Below are positions 18,562-29,308 of a DNA stretch of 64,000 nucleotides, piece after piece. The notes beneath the pieces were generated by a model. That model was not told the DNA's origin. It made no database searches and was given only the letters and a program-made list of their open reading frames with translations. The stretch spans positions 1,472,001-1,536,000 of the forward strand of contig CAVQNG010000003.1 in NCBI GenBank assembly GCA_963713825.1. Direction: 5' to 3'. The translations under genes and the position numbers were made by a program. This stretch comes from an uncultured Acidobacteriota bacterium. Lineage in GTDB: Bacteria > Acidobacteriota > Thermoanaerobaculia > Multivoradales > JAHEKO01. Position 1 is the stretch's first letter, and every line of letters begins with the position of its first letter.

Positions 18562-18865
18562 GAGTCTCCACTGCCCCCATGAGAGTTGTCGCCTGTGATC
18601 GAGGAGCCAGGCGGTGGGTGGATAGCTCTCGTAAGTTCCGCTGGTCGCGGAATTGCCACCCATTCTAGCTCGAATGACGAGCGCGCCCGGCCGAAAATCG
18701 TCCTCGGGCGGAGATTCTGCGGAGTTCGTGCTCGAGGGCTCCTACGTTGACTGCCAGCGAGCATCGGTGTTAGAAACGAAGCGATTCGCAGTAGGTGATT
18801 GGGAGGCGACCCGGCGGCGCAGGCCTTTCGGGAGGGGGCGAGTCGCGAGGTCACGGAACAGCACC

Positions 18866-19713
18866 ATGCCCTGGTTCAGAAGATCGAAGAAGGCCAAGCC
18901 GACGGCAGAGGCTCGTCCAAGGAGTCAGGTGCCCGAAGGGCTCTGGGTCAAGTGTGACGGCTGTCGCGAAATCATCTACTCGAAGGAATTGGAGCGCAAC
19001 CAACAGATTTGCCCGAAATGCGACTTCCACTTTCGCATCTCTGCGTGGGAGCGGATCGATCTTCTCCTCGACGAGGAGAGCCCCAAGGAGCTCTTCGGCC
19101 GAGTGAGTCCGGTGGACCCTCTCAAGTTCAAGGACACCCAGGCCTACAAAGACCGTGTGAAGCAGTACCAGCGCCGAACAGGTAGCCGTGATGCGGTCGT
19201 GGTGGTGGAGGGGCCCTGGATGGATTGCCGGTGATTGTCGCGGCTCTCGAGTACGCCTTCATGGGCGGTTCGATGGGCTCCGTCGTCGGAGAGAAGATCA
19301 CTCGTGCGGCAGAAGAGGCCGTGAGGCGAGACCGGCCGTTGATCGTGGTCTCGGCGTCCGGTGGTGCGCGGATGCAGGAGGGTGCTCTCTCCTTGATGCA
19401 ATTGGCCAAGATCAGCGCAGCATTGGCGCGCCTGAGTGACGCTCGATTGCCCTATATCTCAATCCTCACAGATCCGACGACGGGGGGAGTGACGGCTTCG
19501 TTCGCCATGCTGGGGGACCTGAATATTGCCGAGCCAGGCGCCTTGATCGGCTTCGCAGGTCCCCGCGTGATCGAACAAACCATCGGTGAGAGCCTGCCCG
19601 ATGGATTCCAACGCAGCGAATTCCTACTACAGCACGGGTTCCTCGACCTCGTGGTCGAGCGCTCGGAAATGAAGTCCACTGTGTCCCGATGTCTGCGGCA
19701 CTTTCAGCACTAG
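18866..19713 (+). pseudogene. accD: Acetyl-CoA carboxylase carboxyltransferase beta, split by a 1-nt frameshift near 19210-19213 (probably a sequencing error)
   Basis: EGLWVKCDGC...CPKC zinc finger in one frame; [41 protein letters not shown] in another; adding one G to the G4 run restores ...EGALDGLPV... Confidence 0.9.
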
Positions 19714-19714
19714 C

Positions 19715-21058
19715 GTGAACCTCGATCCCTCGAGCGGCGCATTGTTGAAGCGCCTGGAGCAAGACGGGATTCGGCTCGGTCTGGAGACCACTCGCGAGGT
19801 ACTGTCCAGTCTTGGCAATCCGGAGTCTGGCATTCCTGTAGTGCTGGTGGCTGGAACCAATGGCAAAGGTTCCACTGCAGTACAGCTCGCTTCGATCATC
19901 GCGGCAGCAGGCTACCGAACGGGCCTGTACACGTCGCCTCACCTAGAGAATGTCGAGGAGCGGATTCGAGTCGATGGGGTAGCCGTGTCGGCAGAGATCT
20001 TCGGCGGCGGTCTGGCCCGAGTCGTGGAACGGGCTGAGACGGCTCTGGGACATCTGCCTACATACTTCGAAGCCGTAACGGCAACCGCGTTCCTCATTTT
20101 CGCTGAGCAGAAGGTCGACCTGGCTGTCATCGAGGTCGGGCTGGGAGGCCGGCTGGATGCGACGAATGCCTGTGAGCCACGCCTGTCACTGATCACGGAG
20201 ATTGGCCTGGAGCATCGCCAGTACCTGGGTGAGACCCTCTCGAGTATCGCGCGCGAGAAGGCAGGAATTCTGCGGCAGGGGCGCCCGGCCTGGGCCTGGG
20301 TCGAAAGAGACGAAGCCTGGGAAGCGATTCGCACCGTTGGCAACGAGCTCGGGGCGGACCTACGTAGCGGACCGGAGGCTGTGAAGCTCAGCGAAACTAC
20401 ACAGCTCGGATGGGATGGGCGCGAGATCCAGATGGAGACACCTCTGGACAGCTATCGGGTGCGCTCGCCACTCCTCGGGGCGCATCAGGCCAAGAACTTG
20501 GCGTTGGCGATCCTCGGCGCTGAGAGCCTTCGAGAAATGGGATGGAATCGAATCGATCGCCAGGCTATCGAGCGCGGGGCGGCCCGCACCCGGTGGCCGG
20601 GTCGCTTGGAGAGAGTCGAGTTACCGGGCGGTCGAACGGTGATCCTGGACGTCGCTCACAACGCAGATGGGGCTGCGACTTTGACCGGCTTCCTGAGAGA
20701 GCTCGTCGGGCGATTCGATCTGATGTTCGGTGTGCTGGACGACAAGGAGGTGTCGACCTTTCTACCGGGCCTCGTCCGTGATGCAGGCAGAGTGATCCTG
20801 ACGGCTCCGACTAGTCATCGAGCGCTGCCGGTCGATCGGCTGGCTGGTCTTCTACCGAATCGAGCAGTGGTGAGCGAGCCCGATCCTGTGGCGGCTCTTG
20901 TACACGCACTGGAGGAGGGCGACGACCCCCTGGTCATTTGTGGATCCGTGTACTTGGTTGGCGAGGTGCGGTCGGAGCTCAGGCGACGATTCGGTGTCCC
21001 GCCGCCGGCATCGACCGAGCCCTGTTGGCACCTTCAGGCCGCCGAGTCGAGTTCCTAG
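19715..21058 (+). CDS. folC: Folylpolyglutamate synthase/dihydrofolate synthase
   Basis: VAGTNGKGS, YTSPHL, TYFE, EVGLGGRLDATN, WPGRLE, LDVAHN; accD-folC order. Confidence 0.95.
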   Translation: MNLDPSSGALLKRLEQDGIRLGLETTREVLSSLGNPESGIPVVLVAGTNGKGSTAVQLASIIAAAGYRTGLYTSPHLENVEERIRVDGVAVSAEIFGGGLARVVERAETALGHLPTYFEAVTATAFLIFAEQKVDLAVIEVGLGGRLDATNACEPRLSLITEIGLEHRQYLGETLSSIAREKAGILRQGRPAWAWVERDEAWEAIRTVGNELGADLRSGPEAVKLSETTQLGWDGREIQMETPLDSYRVRSPLLGAHQAKNLALAILGAESLREMGWNRIDRQAIERGAARTRWPGRLERVELPGGRTVILDVAHNADGAATLTGFLRELVGRFDLMFGVLDDKEVSTFLPGLVRDAGRVILTAPTSHRALPVDRLAGLLPNRAVVSEPDPVAALVHALEEGDDPLVICGSVYLVGEVRSELRRRFGVPPPASTEPCWHLQAAESSS

Positions 21059-21074
21059 CTCCGCAAGTCGGAGA

Positions 21075-22328
21075 TCATTCTACGGGCCCGTAGAGTGGGA
21101 ACCTCGTGCAGAGATCCTGCACTTCGGCCTGCACCTCGCGCTGGACCGACTCTTCCTCTGGCTGTCGGAGCACCCTGGCGATCAGATCGGCAATGGCGCT
21201 CATCTCGACCTCCTTCATTTCGCGAGAGGTCACCGCTGCGGTGCCAATTCTGATGCCTGACGCCACGAGAGGAGGGTTGGGGTCGTAGGGGATGGCGTTC
21301 TTGTTGACCGTGATGGCGGCGGCCTCCAGCGCGACTTGTGCCTGCTTACCTGTCAATCCTGAGACCGAGACATCCAGCAGGAAGAGATGGTTGTCGGTAC
21401 CGCCGGAGACAATTCGGAACTCGTGCTGTGCCAGCCTGTCGGCCATCGCCGAGGCGTTGCAGACCAACTGCCCCTGGTAGAGTTTGAAGCTCTCGCCGAG
21501 AGCCTCTCGCAGGGCAACCGCCTTGGCGGCGATGATGTGCATCAAGGGCCCCCCCTGAATACCAGGAAACACGGCCCTGTCCAACTGCTTGGCGAACTTC
21601 TCCTTGCACAGCACCAGTCCACCTCTGGGACCTCGCAGGGTCTTGTGGGTCGTGGTGGTCACGAAATCGCAGTGCGGCAGTGGTGAGGAATGTAGTCCAG
21701 CCGCCACAAGACCAGCGATATGGGCGATGTCGGCCATGAGCAGAGCGCCAACTCCATCGGCAATGCTCCGAAAGCGTTCGAAATCGATTTCGCGACTATA
21801 GGCGCTGGCGCCACAAATAATCAGCTTTGGCCGGTGTTCCTCGGCCAGTCTTCGCACTTCTTCATAGTCGATCACCTCAGTTTCTCTGTCCACACCATAC
21901 GCCACGACTTCGAAATCCCTGCCGGAATAGGAGAGAGGATGGCCATGCGTCAGATGGCCGCCGCTAGACAAGTCCATCCCCATCAGGGTGTCGCCTGGTT
22001 CCAGGCAGGAGAAGTAGACCGCCATGTTGGCCTGGGTCCCACTGTGGGGCTGTACGTTGACGTGCTCGGCGCCGAAGAGCTTCTTGGCGCGGTCAATTGC
22101 CAGGCGCTCGGCAACGTCGACGTACTCGCAGCCACCGTAGTAGCGACGCCCGGGATAGCCCTCGGCGTATTTGTTCGTCATGACGCTACCAGCAGCTTCG
22201 AGCACCGCTCGGCTGACGAAGTTCTCCGAGGCGATTAACTCGATCGACTGGTTCTGGCGCCGTCGTTCGCCCGCGATAGCTTCGAAGATCTCGGGATCGG
22301 CAGCTTCTAAAGAGCGATAGTCGGACAT
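21075..22328 (-). CDS. glyA: Serine hydroxymethyltransferase
   Basis: [46 protein letters not shown]. Confidence 0.98.
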   Translation of the reverse strand: MSDYRSLEAADPEIFEAIAGERRRQNQSIELIASENFVSRAVLEAAGSVMTNKYAEGYPGRRYYGGCEYVDVAERLAIDRAKKLFGAEHVNVQPHSGTQANMAVYFSCLEPGDTLMGMDLSSGGHLTHGHPLSYSGRDFEVVAYGVDRETEVIDYEEVRRLAEEHRPKLIICGASAYSREIDFERFRSIADGVGALLMADIAHIAGLVAAGLHSSPLPHCDFVTTTTHKTLRGPRGGLVLCKEKFAKQLDRAVFPGIQGGPLMHIIAAKAVALREALGESFKLYQGQLVCNASAMADRLAQHEFRIVSGGTDNHLFLLDVSVSGLTGKQAQVALEAAAITVNKNAIPYDPNPPLVASGIRIGTAAVTSREMKEVEMSAIADLIARVLRQPEEESVQREVQAEVQDLCTRFPLYGPVE

Positions 22329-22421
22329 GGGGATTCTCCTCCCAGACAAGATTGCCGGGCGGCGACGAGTTCTTCAGCTGGGGGCTGGGAGTGCGCGGAA
22401 GCCCTAGTCTCCGCTGTTCGC

Positions 22422-22850
22422 CTATTCGGCTGCCGTTTTCTTGGCGGTTGATTTCGTGGCCGCGGTCTTTTTGGCGGTCGTCTTCTTGGCGGCGGTCTTC
22501 TTTACCGCAGTCTTTTTGGCGGTCGTTTTCTTGGCGGCGGTCTTCTTTACCGCGGTCTTCTTGGCGGTCGTTTTCTTGGCGGCGGTCTTCTTTACCGCGG
22601 CCTTCTTGGCGGTCGTTTTCTTGGCGGCGGTCTTCTTTGCCGCGGCCTTCTTGGCTGGAGCCTTCTTAGCCGCTGTCTTGGTCGCCGTTTGGCTGCCCTC
22701 TACCTCGGCTACAGCCTCTTTCGTAGCGCTCTTCTTGGCAGGCTTTCGCTGCGAGGGCTTGACCTGAGCCAGTCGCTCGCGACGCCGTTGCCTCAGGCGC
22801 TTCTGCCGGCGTTGTCGTCGTCGTTTCAGCTCACGATCTTTTTCCCGCAT
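22422..22850 (-). CDS. Very basic histone-H1-like protein with KKT(A/T)(A/V) repeats
   Basis: RBS AGGAG; Arg-rich N-terminus; about 15 Lys/Ala/Thr pentapeptide repeats. Confidence 0.78.
   Translation of the reverse strand: MREKDRELKRRRQRRQKRLRQRRRERLAQVKPSQRKPAKKSATKEAVAEVEGSQTATKTAAKKAPAKKAAAKKTAAKKTTAKKAAVKKTAAKKTTAKKTAVKKTAAKKTTAKKTAVKKTAAKKTTAKKTAATKSTAKKTAAE
22431..22690. repeat. Coding tandem repeat, 15-bp unit with 45-bp higher-order period
   Basis: (ttcttggcggtcgttttcttggcggcggtcttctttaccgcggtc)-like unit repeated about 4 times. Confidence 0.9.
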
Positions 22851-22930
22851 TGGATCTCCTCATTTGGCGATTCCGGCTCTCACAGAGCCGTCAGCTTGTC
22901 CGACCTTGAGTTTGCTGTCAAGGTCACTGG

Positions 22931-24502
22931 TCAGATAGGTAGGTTGCCATGCTTCTTGGGCGGTACGCCTTGGCGCTTGCAGCCAAGCTGTCGCAGAGAG
23001 CGGATGATCTCCGCCCTCGTATGTCGAGGCTCGATGACGGCATCGATGAAGCCCCGTTCGGCCGCGACATAAGGGTTGGAGAACTTCTCTCGGTATTCGG
23101 ACACCAACTCGGAACGCAGTCCAGTGGCATTGTCACCGGCCTTTTCGAGATCTCGGCGATACAGGATGTTGACAGCGCCCTCTGGGCCCATGACGGCGAT
23201 CTCCGCGCTGGGGTAGGCGAGGTTGACGTCCGTTCGCAGATGCTTGCTGGACATGACGCAATATGCCCCCCCGTAAGCCTTGCGGGTGATCACGGTAATC
23301 TTGGGAACCGTCGCCTCGGCGAAGGCGTAGAGCAGCTTGGCGCCGTGCTTGATGATGCCACCGAACTCCTGCTGCGTTCCGGGCAGAAATCCGGGAACAT
23401 CCTCGAATGTCACCAGAGGGATGTTGAAAGCATCACAGAAGCGGACGAATCGAGCCCCTTTGAGAGAAGCGTCGATATCCAAAACCCCCGCCAGGTAGGC
23501 CGGTTGATTGGCTACGATCCCGACGCTCTGGTTGGCCAATCTGCCGAAACCGACAACCAGGTTCTTGGCATAGTCGGCTTGCACTTCGAGGAATCTCGCG
23601 TCGTCGACGACGGACGAGATGAGCCGCTTGATGTCGTACGGCCGGTTCGGATCATCGGGGATGAGAGTGTCGAGGGACTCGTCCACCCGGTCCGGGCTGT
23701 CGTTGCTCCTGCCGGGTGGTGGATCCTCCAGATTGTTGCTCGGTAGAAACGAGAGGAGCTCGCGGATGGCCAGCAGGCAAGCCGCGTCATTGGGAACCGT
23801 GAAATGGCAGACGCCGCTCTTCGTGGCGTGAGTCGTGGCGCCACCGAGCTCCTCCTTCGTTACCTCCTCATGCGTTACCGAGCGAATGACATCCGGCCCT
23901 GTAATGAACATGTAGGAGGTGCCCTGAACCATGAAGATGTAATCCGTGATTGCAGGGGAGTAGACGGCTCCACCAGCACACGGACCCATGATGGCGCTGA
24001 TCTGGGGGATGACTCCTGAGGCCAGGGTATTGCGCAGAAAAATGTCGGCGTAGCCACCCAGGGAGGCAACACCTTCCTGGATTCGAGCTCCTCCGGAGTC
24101 GTTGAGGCCGATGACCGGCGCGCCGTTCTCCATGGCGAGGTCCATGATCTTGCAGATCTTCTGGGCATTGGTTTCGGAGAGGGAGCCTCCGAACACCGTG
24201 AAGTCCTGGGCGAAGACATAAACCAGGCGGTTGTCGATGGTCCCATAGCCGCAAACCACTCCATCGCCTGGAACCCTCTGATCCTGCATCTGGAAGTCCT
24301 GGCACCGATGCATGACCAGGGCGTCGACCTCGACGAACGAGCCGGTGTCCAGTAACAACTCCAGCCGTTCGCGGGCTGTGAGTTTGCCGGCCGCATGCTG
24401 TCGCTCGATGCGCTGCTCTCCGCCTCCCAATCGGGCCTTGGCCAATCTCTCTTCGAGCTCCTGGAGCCTCGGACCGTGGGCACTCTGTTTCGTTTCAGCC
24501 AT
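22931..24502 (-). CDS. pccB: Acyl-CoA (propionyl/methylmalonyl-CoA) carboxyltransferase beta subunit
   Basis: [63 protein letters not shown]. Confidence 0.92.
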   Translation of the reverse strand: MAETKQSAHGPRLQELEERLAKARLGGGEQRIERQHAAGKLTARERLELLLDTGSFVEVDALVMHRCQDFQMQDQRVPGDGVVCGYGTIDNRLVYVFAQDFTVFGGSLSETNAQKICKIMDLAMENGAPVIGLNDSGGARIQEGVASLGGYADIFLRNTLASGVIPQISAIMGPCAGGAVYSPAITDYIFMVQGTSYMFITGPDVIRSVTHEEVTKEELGGATTHATKSGVCHFTVPNDAACLLAIRELLSFLPSNNLEDPPPGRSNDSPDRVDESLDTLIPDDPNRPYDIKRLISSVVDDARFLEVQADYAKNLVVGFGRLANQSVGIVANQPAYLAGVLDIDASLKGARFVRFCDAFNIPLVTFEDVPGFLPGTQQEFGGIIKHGAKLLYAFAEATVPKITVITRKAYGGAYCVMSSKHLRTDVNLAYPSAEIAVMGPEGAVNILYRRDLEKAGDNATGLRSELVSEYREKFSNPYVAAERGFIDAVIEPRHTRAEIIRSLRQLGCKRQGVPPKKHGNLPI

Positions 24503-24630
24503 CTCTCTGTCCGTCCTCGATTGGTCTCGAATCCTGCTATAGAGGGTTATCTTATCTACAGCCAAGCTACATTTTCGACGATGACCCCGACCAGCGGTTC
24601 TGCCGTGCGGAGCTATGCGACAATTCGGAG

Positions 24631-25944
24631 GTGCCTCTGTCCGGTCTCGATGCCACCGCAGTTGCTCGTTGTCTGTCGCAGATAGCGGATCATGGTGATG
24701 ATCTGGCGGAAGCCTACTTCGAGCGCCTGGAGGAGGTCGAGTACCCAGCGGCCGACGAGGAGCCGGGGATTCGGGTGCGGCGCGAAGAGGGTTTCGCGAT
24801 CCGATTGGTTCGAGATGGACGTTCCTGGTTGGCGGCTCGAGACCAGATCACGACAGGGGCGTTCGGCGAAGCGATGCGGCAGGTCGCCCGTGCCCTGCCT
24901 GCGGCGCCCTATCCCGAGCCAACCTTGGATCCGGCCCCGTTCCCAACGCTCGAAGACACCAGCCGGCTGGCACGATTCCCGACGGCCGTGACGCGCTCGA
25001 TCCGGCGCCAGCTAGCGGCCTTTCCGATGCGGCTCAGAGTCAAGCGGCATCGGCGGTGGCTGCGCGTGATCGGCACTCAGTTGGCGCCCGAGCCGCAGTC
25101 GGAGAGCTTCTACAGCTGTGACGTCGATCTACCCTGGGGGCGGTTCGGAGCGCTGACACCCGATCTGTCGGGGGGCACAGTGGAGCGTTTAGCCACGAGC
25201 CTGACGACGCTCTTCAGGGCACAGGACGCACCCCGAGTCGAGCCCGCGGAGCGCAGTGTGGTGCTCGCCCCCCCGGCCGCCGCCGTCCTTCTGCACGAGG
25301 TGGTAGCACATGCCTTGGAAACCGATACCCTGATGATGGGAGGTCGGGTCGAGTCGGCCCTGGGGCTCCAGCTCGGCGGTCCACTCTTGAATGTCCTGGA
25401 CGATCCTACGAACGCCCCTGAATCAGTTCGCAGGAGCTCCGACGACGAAGGCATGATCGCGGTACGTCGGTGGCTGCTGAGAGACGGGGTCGTCGAACAG
25501 CCACTGGCCGACCTGTTCGCTGCGCACCACTCGAGGGCACTCATGCCGGGCGCCGCACGACGCGGCAATCGACACCGTTCACCGGCGCCTCGTTCGACCC
25601 ATCTCGAGCTTTTGCCGGGAGACTCGTCACTGCATGAGCTGCTGGCCGCGGCTGACCGAGGCCTGTACTTCCCAGAGGTCTCCAGCGGTCGCCTCGATCC
25701 ACTCTCAGGGCGGTTCAGCATCTTCTTGCCCTACGGTAGGCGGATCGAGGGTGGGGCGCTGGGAGAGCTGGTGGGACCGTGTCGATTGAGGGGCACGGTC
25801 TCCGGCCTGTTGGGCGGTATCAACGGCGTAGGCCAAGACGTGGAGTCCGCGGGTGCCGGTTGGTGTGCCAAGAACGGGCTGAAGCTGCCGGTGTGGGCTA
25901 CCACCCCGGCCATAGGGATCGGGTCCGCGGAGGTGAGAGGGTGA
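24631..25944 (+). CDS. tldD: TldD-family metalloprotease
   Basis: [11 protein letters not shown] (HExxxH), DDEG, C-terminal GWCAK Cys ligand. Confidence 0.85.
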   Translation: MPLSGLDATAVARCLSQIADHGDDLAEAYFERLEEVEYPAADEEPGIRVRREEGFAIRLVRDGRSWLAARDQITTGAFGEAMRQVARALPAAPYPEPTLDPAPFPTLEDTSRLARFPTAVTRSIRRQLAAFPMRLRVKRHRRWLRVIGTQLAPEPQSESFYSCDVDLPWGRFGALTPDLSGGTVERLATSLTTLFRAQDAPRVEPAERSVVLAPPAAAVLLHEVVAHALETDTLMMGGRVESALGLQLGGPLLNVLDDPTNAPESVRRSSDDEGMIAVRRWLLRDGVVEQPLADLFAAHHSRALMPGAARRGNRHRSPAPRSTHLELLPGDSSLHELLAAADRGLYFPEVSSGRLDPLSGRFSIFLPYGRRIEGGALGELVGPCRLRGTVSGLLGGINGVGQDVESAGAGWCAKNGLKLPVWATTPAIGIGSAEVRG

Positions 25945-27254
25945 CTGGCGATTCGCTCGCCAGCGGAGTTGTCGAGGCGCTTGCCGGGCGCGGCCTCAAG
26001 GACGTCGAGGTTTTTCTGAAGTCGGGTCGATCGCGCCGCTTCGAGATCGGTCCACAGGGCCGAATCGCGAGCTCGAGTCAGGAGGAGGGCTGGGCGGTAC
26101 GGGCGGGCAGCGACCGCTCGTCGTTATTTGTTTCTGGCACGGGCCGACCGGCGACTGTGGGCCCCTGGCCGGATCCCGACGGGCAGCCGCTGCGACTGCC
26201 GCCAGCCGTGGCAGTCCCACTCTGGAACCCCCCTGCGGATTTGGAGGCGCCCCTCTCTGGTGAGATCGAGGCCATCAGACTCTTGGAAGCGATCGAGACA
26301 AGTGTCACCAGTGAGTTGTCGGGAGCCCGACTCCTGCGCGGCCTGCTGGATGAGGGGTCGAGTCAAACGAGCATCCTGAGCACCCGAGGAATCGACGCCT
26401 CCTATCGGGGTCGAGCCGCGTCGCTCTTCGTGGAGATGGCAGGGCCCTGGCCAGGGGCCGAAACGGTCGGAGTCGCGATGGCTCGCCGGGAGATGCGGAG
26501 TTTTCATGCACCGACAATCGCGCGTCGTCTCGTCGATCGTCTGTTGCTGCAACGCGAGGGCCAGTCACCCGATCGCGATCGGGGGGAGTTTCTCCTGGGA
26601 CCAGCTTTGGGAGTGCGCCTGCTGGTGGCTCTGCTACCCCTGGTTCTGGGTGGAGGCAGTGAAGCGATCGTTCGAGCCCTGCGTGACCGCCGGGGGCGCA
26701 TCGGAAGCGAGCTGCTGACGATCAAGGATGATGGCAGGTATCGAGGTGGAATTCTGGAGGCACCGGTCGATGGAGAAGGCCGCCCCACCCGCGAGACGGT
26801 CATCGTTGGCGAAGGCCGCTTCAACCAACCGCTGGTCGGCTGGAACGAGGCGCAGGGCACGGCTGTAGGAGCTTCAGGGTGCGTGCGGAGACCCAGTTGG
26901 CGAGACTTGCCGAGGGTTGCCCCTTCGCATCTCTACCTGGCGCCAAGCCCTGATGTCAAAGTGGCTTCACTGTTGACTGCGGTGACTCGCGGCTACTACC
27001 TGATCGACACTCAGGGAAGTGGGCGTTTCGACCTCGAAAGGGACAGTTTTCGATTGCCGGTTTGTGGATTTGCCTTGCGGCAGGGTCATGCAGCGGTGCC
27101 CCTCGCGGGAGCCTGGCTCACAGGCAGCATCAGCGCCTGGCTGCGCGGCATTCAAGGCGTAGCCCGGGACATCGAGTTCGAGCCCTGGTCTGGAATGATC
27201 GGTTCACCCACCACCCTGGTGACCGGGCTGGAGTTGCGGCGCAACCCCGATTGA
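25941..27254 (+). CDS. pmbA: PmbA/TldE-family partner protein
   Basis: GTGA overlap with tldD; I.SELLTI.DDG, PVDGEG.PT, F.LPV.GF; no HExxxH. Confidence 0.8.
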   Translation: MTGDSLASGVVEALAGRGLKDVEVFLKSGRSRRFEIGPQGRIASSSQEEGWAVRAGSDRSSLFVSGTGRPATVGPWPDPDGQPLRLPPAVAVPLWNPPADLEAPLSGEIEAIRLLEAIETSVTSELSGARLLRGLLDEGSSQTSILSTRGIDASYRGRAASLFVEMAGPWPGAETVGVAMARREMRSFHAPTIARRLVDRLLLQREGQSPDRDRGEFLLGPALGVRLLVALLPLVLGGGSEAIVRALRDRRGRIGSELLTIKDDGRYRGGILEAPVDGEGRPTRETVIVGEGRFNQPLVGWNEAQGTAVGASGCVRRPSWRDLPRVAPSHLYLAPSPDVKVASLLTAVTRGYYLIDTQGSGRFDLERDSFRLPVCGFALRQGHAAVPLAGAWLTGSISAWLRGIQGVARDIEFEPWSGMIGSPTTLVTGLELRRNPD

Positions 27255-27302
27255 GTGGGACCTGGTGTGCGGTACGAAAGGCGCGCCCCGGAGAGGAGAG
27301 CT

Positions 27303-27854
27303 CTACTCTGGCTTGGCTTTGAGTTTCACTTCACCGTCGTCAGAGGTGATTCGAAATCGAACCTGGTTGCAGCCAGTCTTGCTCCGGATCTTGGCCGTCT
27401 GCTTCACGAGATAGGCCTGAAAGCTATCGAAGTCGGTCTTCTTGCCCCGGCCCGAGCCTCCATAGAGGTCGTCATACAACGCCTGCACGGCGTCCCTGTC
27501 CGGTGACCTCTCGATCACGATACCTCGGCTGGTATCGATCTTCTTCTCCGCCGGGACGGGAGCTTCGCGGGTGGTCCCACCTTCCTCCTGTTCGCGAAGG
27601 CGACGATTGAACTGCACCCAAAGCGTGTTGAACCGGGCTTCCAGGGTGTTGAGCTGGAACCGCTGCGCGACGCTCCTGAGGCGCTCCATTCGGAGGTACT
27701 GGATCTGCTTCTGGATGTTCTGGCGCAGCTGGTCTGGGGGAGTGGCGAGATTGCCGCTGAAGAAGCGCTCGAAGTCGATCTTGAAGCGCTTCAGGTCGCG
27801 ATCGAGTCGCTGTAGGGCTTCGTCCTGCTCGGTGGGAGCTGCGGGTTCGACCAT
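27303..27854 (-). CDS. Hypothetical protein resembling the MXAN_5187 C-terminal domain
   Basis: L..FKIDFERFFSG..TPP...R...RFQLNTL.ARF..L...FNR..R..EEG; C-terminal V.FRI...DG.VKLKAKP; family recalled, not searched. Confidence 0.65.
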   Translation of the reverse strand: MVEPAAPTEQDEALQRLDRDLKRFKIDFERFFSGNLATPPDQLRQNIQKQIQYLRMERLRSVAQRFQLNTLEARFNTLWVQFNRRLREQEEGGTTREAPVPAEKKIDTSRGIVIERSPDRDAVQALYDDLYGGSGRGKKTDFDSFQAYLVKQTAKIRSKTGCNQVRFRITSDDGEVKLKAKPE

Positions 27855-27890
27855 GGAATTCCGGGCTAGAATCAGGGTGGACGTGAAATC

Positions 27891-29252
27891 GTGACGGAAT
27901 CTACAGATATACGCCGACAACTCCCAGCAGTGGACCGCCTGCTGGCAGACCCCAGAATCGAGTCTCTGGCTGCATTATACGGGAGAGAGTTGGTGCGCCA
28001 ACAGGTCAGGCACGAGCTCGACGCCCTCCGTCGTCAGCTGGCAGACGAGGCGTCGACCAGTGAACGAGAGCTGGAGGTTGTCGTCGATCAGCTGATTCAG
28101 AGTGTCGAGACCGTCCTGAACGATGGTGTCGGATCGAAGTTGAGCCGAGTGCTCAATGCGACAGGGATCCTACTGCACACGAATCTCGGGCGGGCTCCGC
28201 TGCCGCGCGCTGTCGCTGACCGGTTGCCGCCTCTTCTCAATGCCTACTGCGACCTCGAGTTCGACCTGGAGTCTGGACGCAGGAGTGAGAGAAACCGAGG
28301 TGCCGAGCTTCTCTTGACGACCCTGACAGGGGCGGAGTCGGCGCTGGTGGCGAACAACAACGCCGGCGCCCTGGTACTGGTTCTGGCCACCTTGGCGGCG
28401 GACCGAGACGTGGTGGTTTCACGCGGCGAGCTGGTCGAGATTGGTGGCTCTTTCCGGGTCCCCGATATCTTGCGGGCTGCCGGATCTCGGCTGGTGGAAG
28501 TGGGTACCACAAACCGTACCCGAATCGACGACTATGAGCAGGCCATTGGGCCCGAAACGGCCCTGCTCCTCAAGGTGCACCCCAGCAACTACCGAATCTC
28601 GGGTTTCGTAGCCAGCACTGGTGTCGGGGATCTGGTGGATCTGGCCCGTCGGCGTGGGCTTCCGCTGGCCGTCGATGAGGGGAGCGGACTGCTTCGACCA
28701 CACCCGGCACCCCAGTTTCAGGGCCATGAAAGTGTCCGCGAGCTCATCAGCATGGGCGCGGATGTCGTCTGCAGTAGCGGTGACAAGCTGCTCGGTGGAC
28801 CGCAAGCCGGTCTGCTGGTCGGTAGCAAGGAGATCATCCAGCGCTGTCATCGTTATCCCCTGTATCGGGCCCTGAGACCGGATCGAGCCGCCTACGCTTC
28901 ACTGGAAGCGGTGCTGCGCTGTCACCTTGCGGAGAGCCCCTTGCCCCTGGATCGACTATGGGTAGACAGGGCGGTGCATAGGAGCCGCCTGGAGGGTATG
29001 GCCCAGAGGCTGGGGTCGGAGATCGTTGGGGCCGAGGCCTTTGTGGGAGGTGGTGCCGCCCCCGAGAGGCCGATTGCAGGAGAAGCGCTCGCCCTGCCAG
29101 GAGACTCGGACCTTCTGTACCGATTGCGCCACGGAGATCCCCCGGTCGTCGGCTACATCCGAGAGGGCCGCCTGATCCTCGACCTCCGAACTGTCGATCC
29201 AGAGGATGACTCTCTATTGGAGAACGCAGTCAAGGCAGCACTCGCCGGCTGA
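27891..29252 (+). CDS. selA: L-seryl-tRNA(Sec) selenium transferase
   Basis: NATGILLHTNLGRAPL, SRGELVEIGGSFRVP, EVGTTNRT, KVHPSNY, SGDKLLGGPQAG. Confidence 0.95.
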   Translation: MTESTDIRRQLPAVDRLLADPRIESLAALYGRELVRQQVRHELDALRRQLADEASTSERELEVVVDQLIQSVETVLNDGVGSKLSRVLNATGILLHTNLGRAPLPRAVADRLPPLLNAYCDLEFDLESGRRSERNRGAELLLTTLTGAESALVANNNAGALVLVLATLAADRDVVVSRGELVEIGGSFRVPDILRAAGSRLVEVGTTNRTRIDDYEQAIGPETALLLKVHPSNYRISGFVASTGVGDLVDLARRRGLPLAVDEGSGLLRPHPAPQFQGHESVRELISMGADVVCSSGDKLLGGPQAGLLVGSKEIIQRCHRYPLYRALRPDRAAYASLEAVLRCHLAESPLPLDRLWVDRAVHRSRLEGMAQRLGSEIVGAEAFVGGGAAPERPIAGEALALPGDSDLLYRLRHGDPPVVGYIREGRLILDLRTVDPEDDSLLENAVKAALAG

Positions 29253-29308
29253 AGCAAGCGTCAAATACCTCATACATTCGGGTCTGGCTCGAAGGGTACA
29301 ATCGGAGT

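Noticed and set aside
22352-22767. Plus-strand ORFs with AVVFLAAVFF repeats, and a possible CRISPR-like array
   Set aside because: Antisense shadow of the Lys/Ala repeat gene; units are contiguous with no unique spacers
27891-29252. Selenoprotein (UGA read-through) genes near selA
   Set aside because: No gene interrupted by an in-frame TGA was recognised; the only broken gene (accD) is a frameshift
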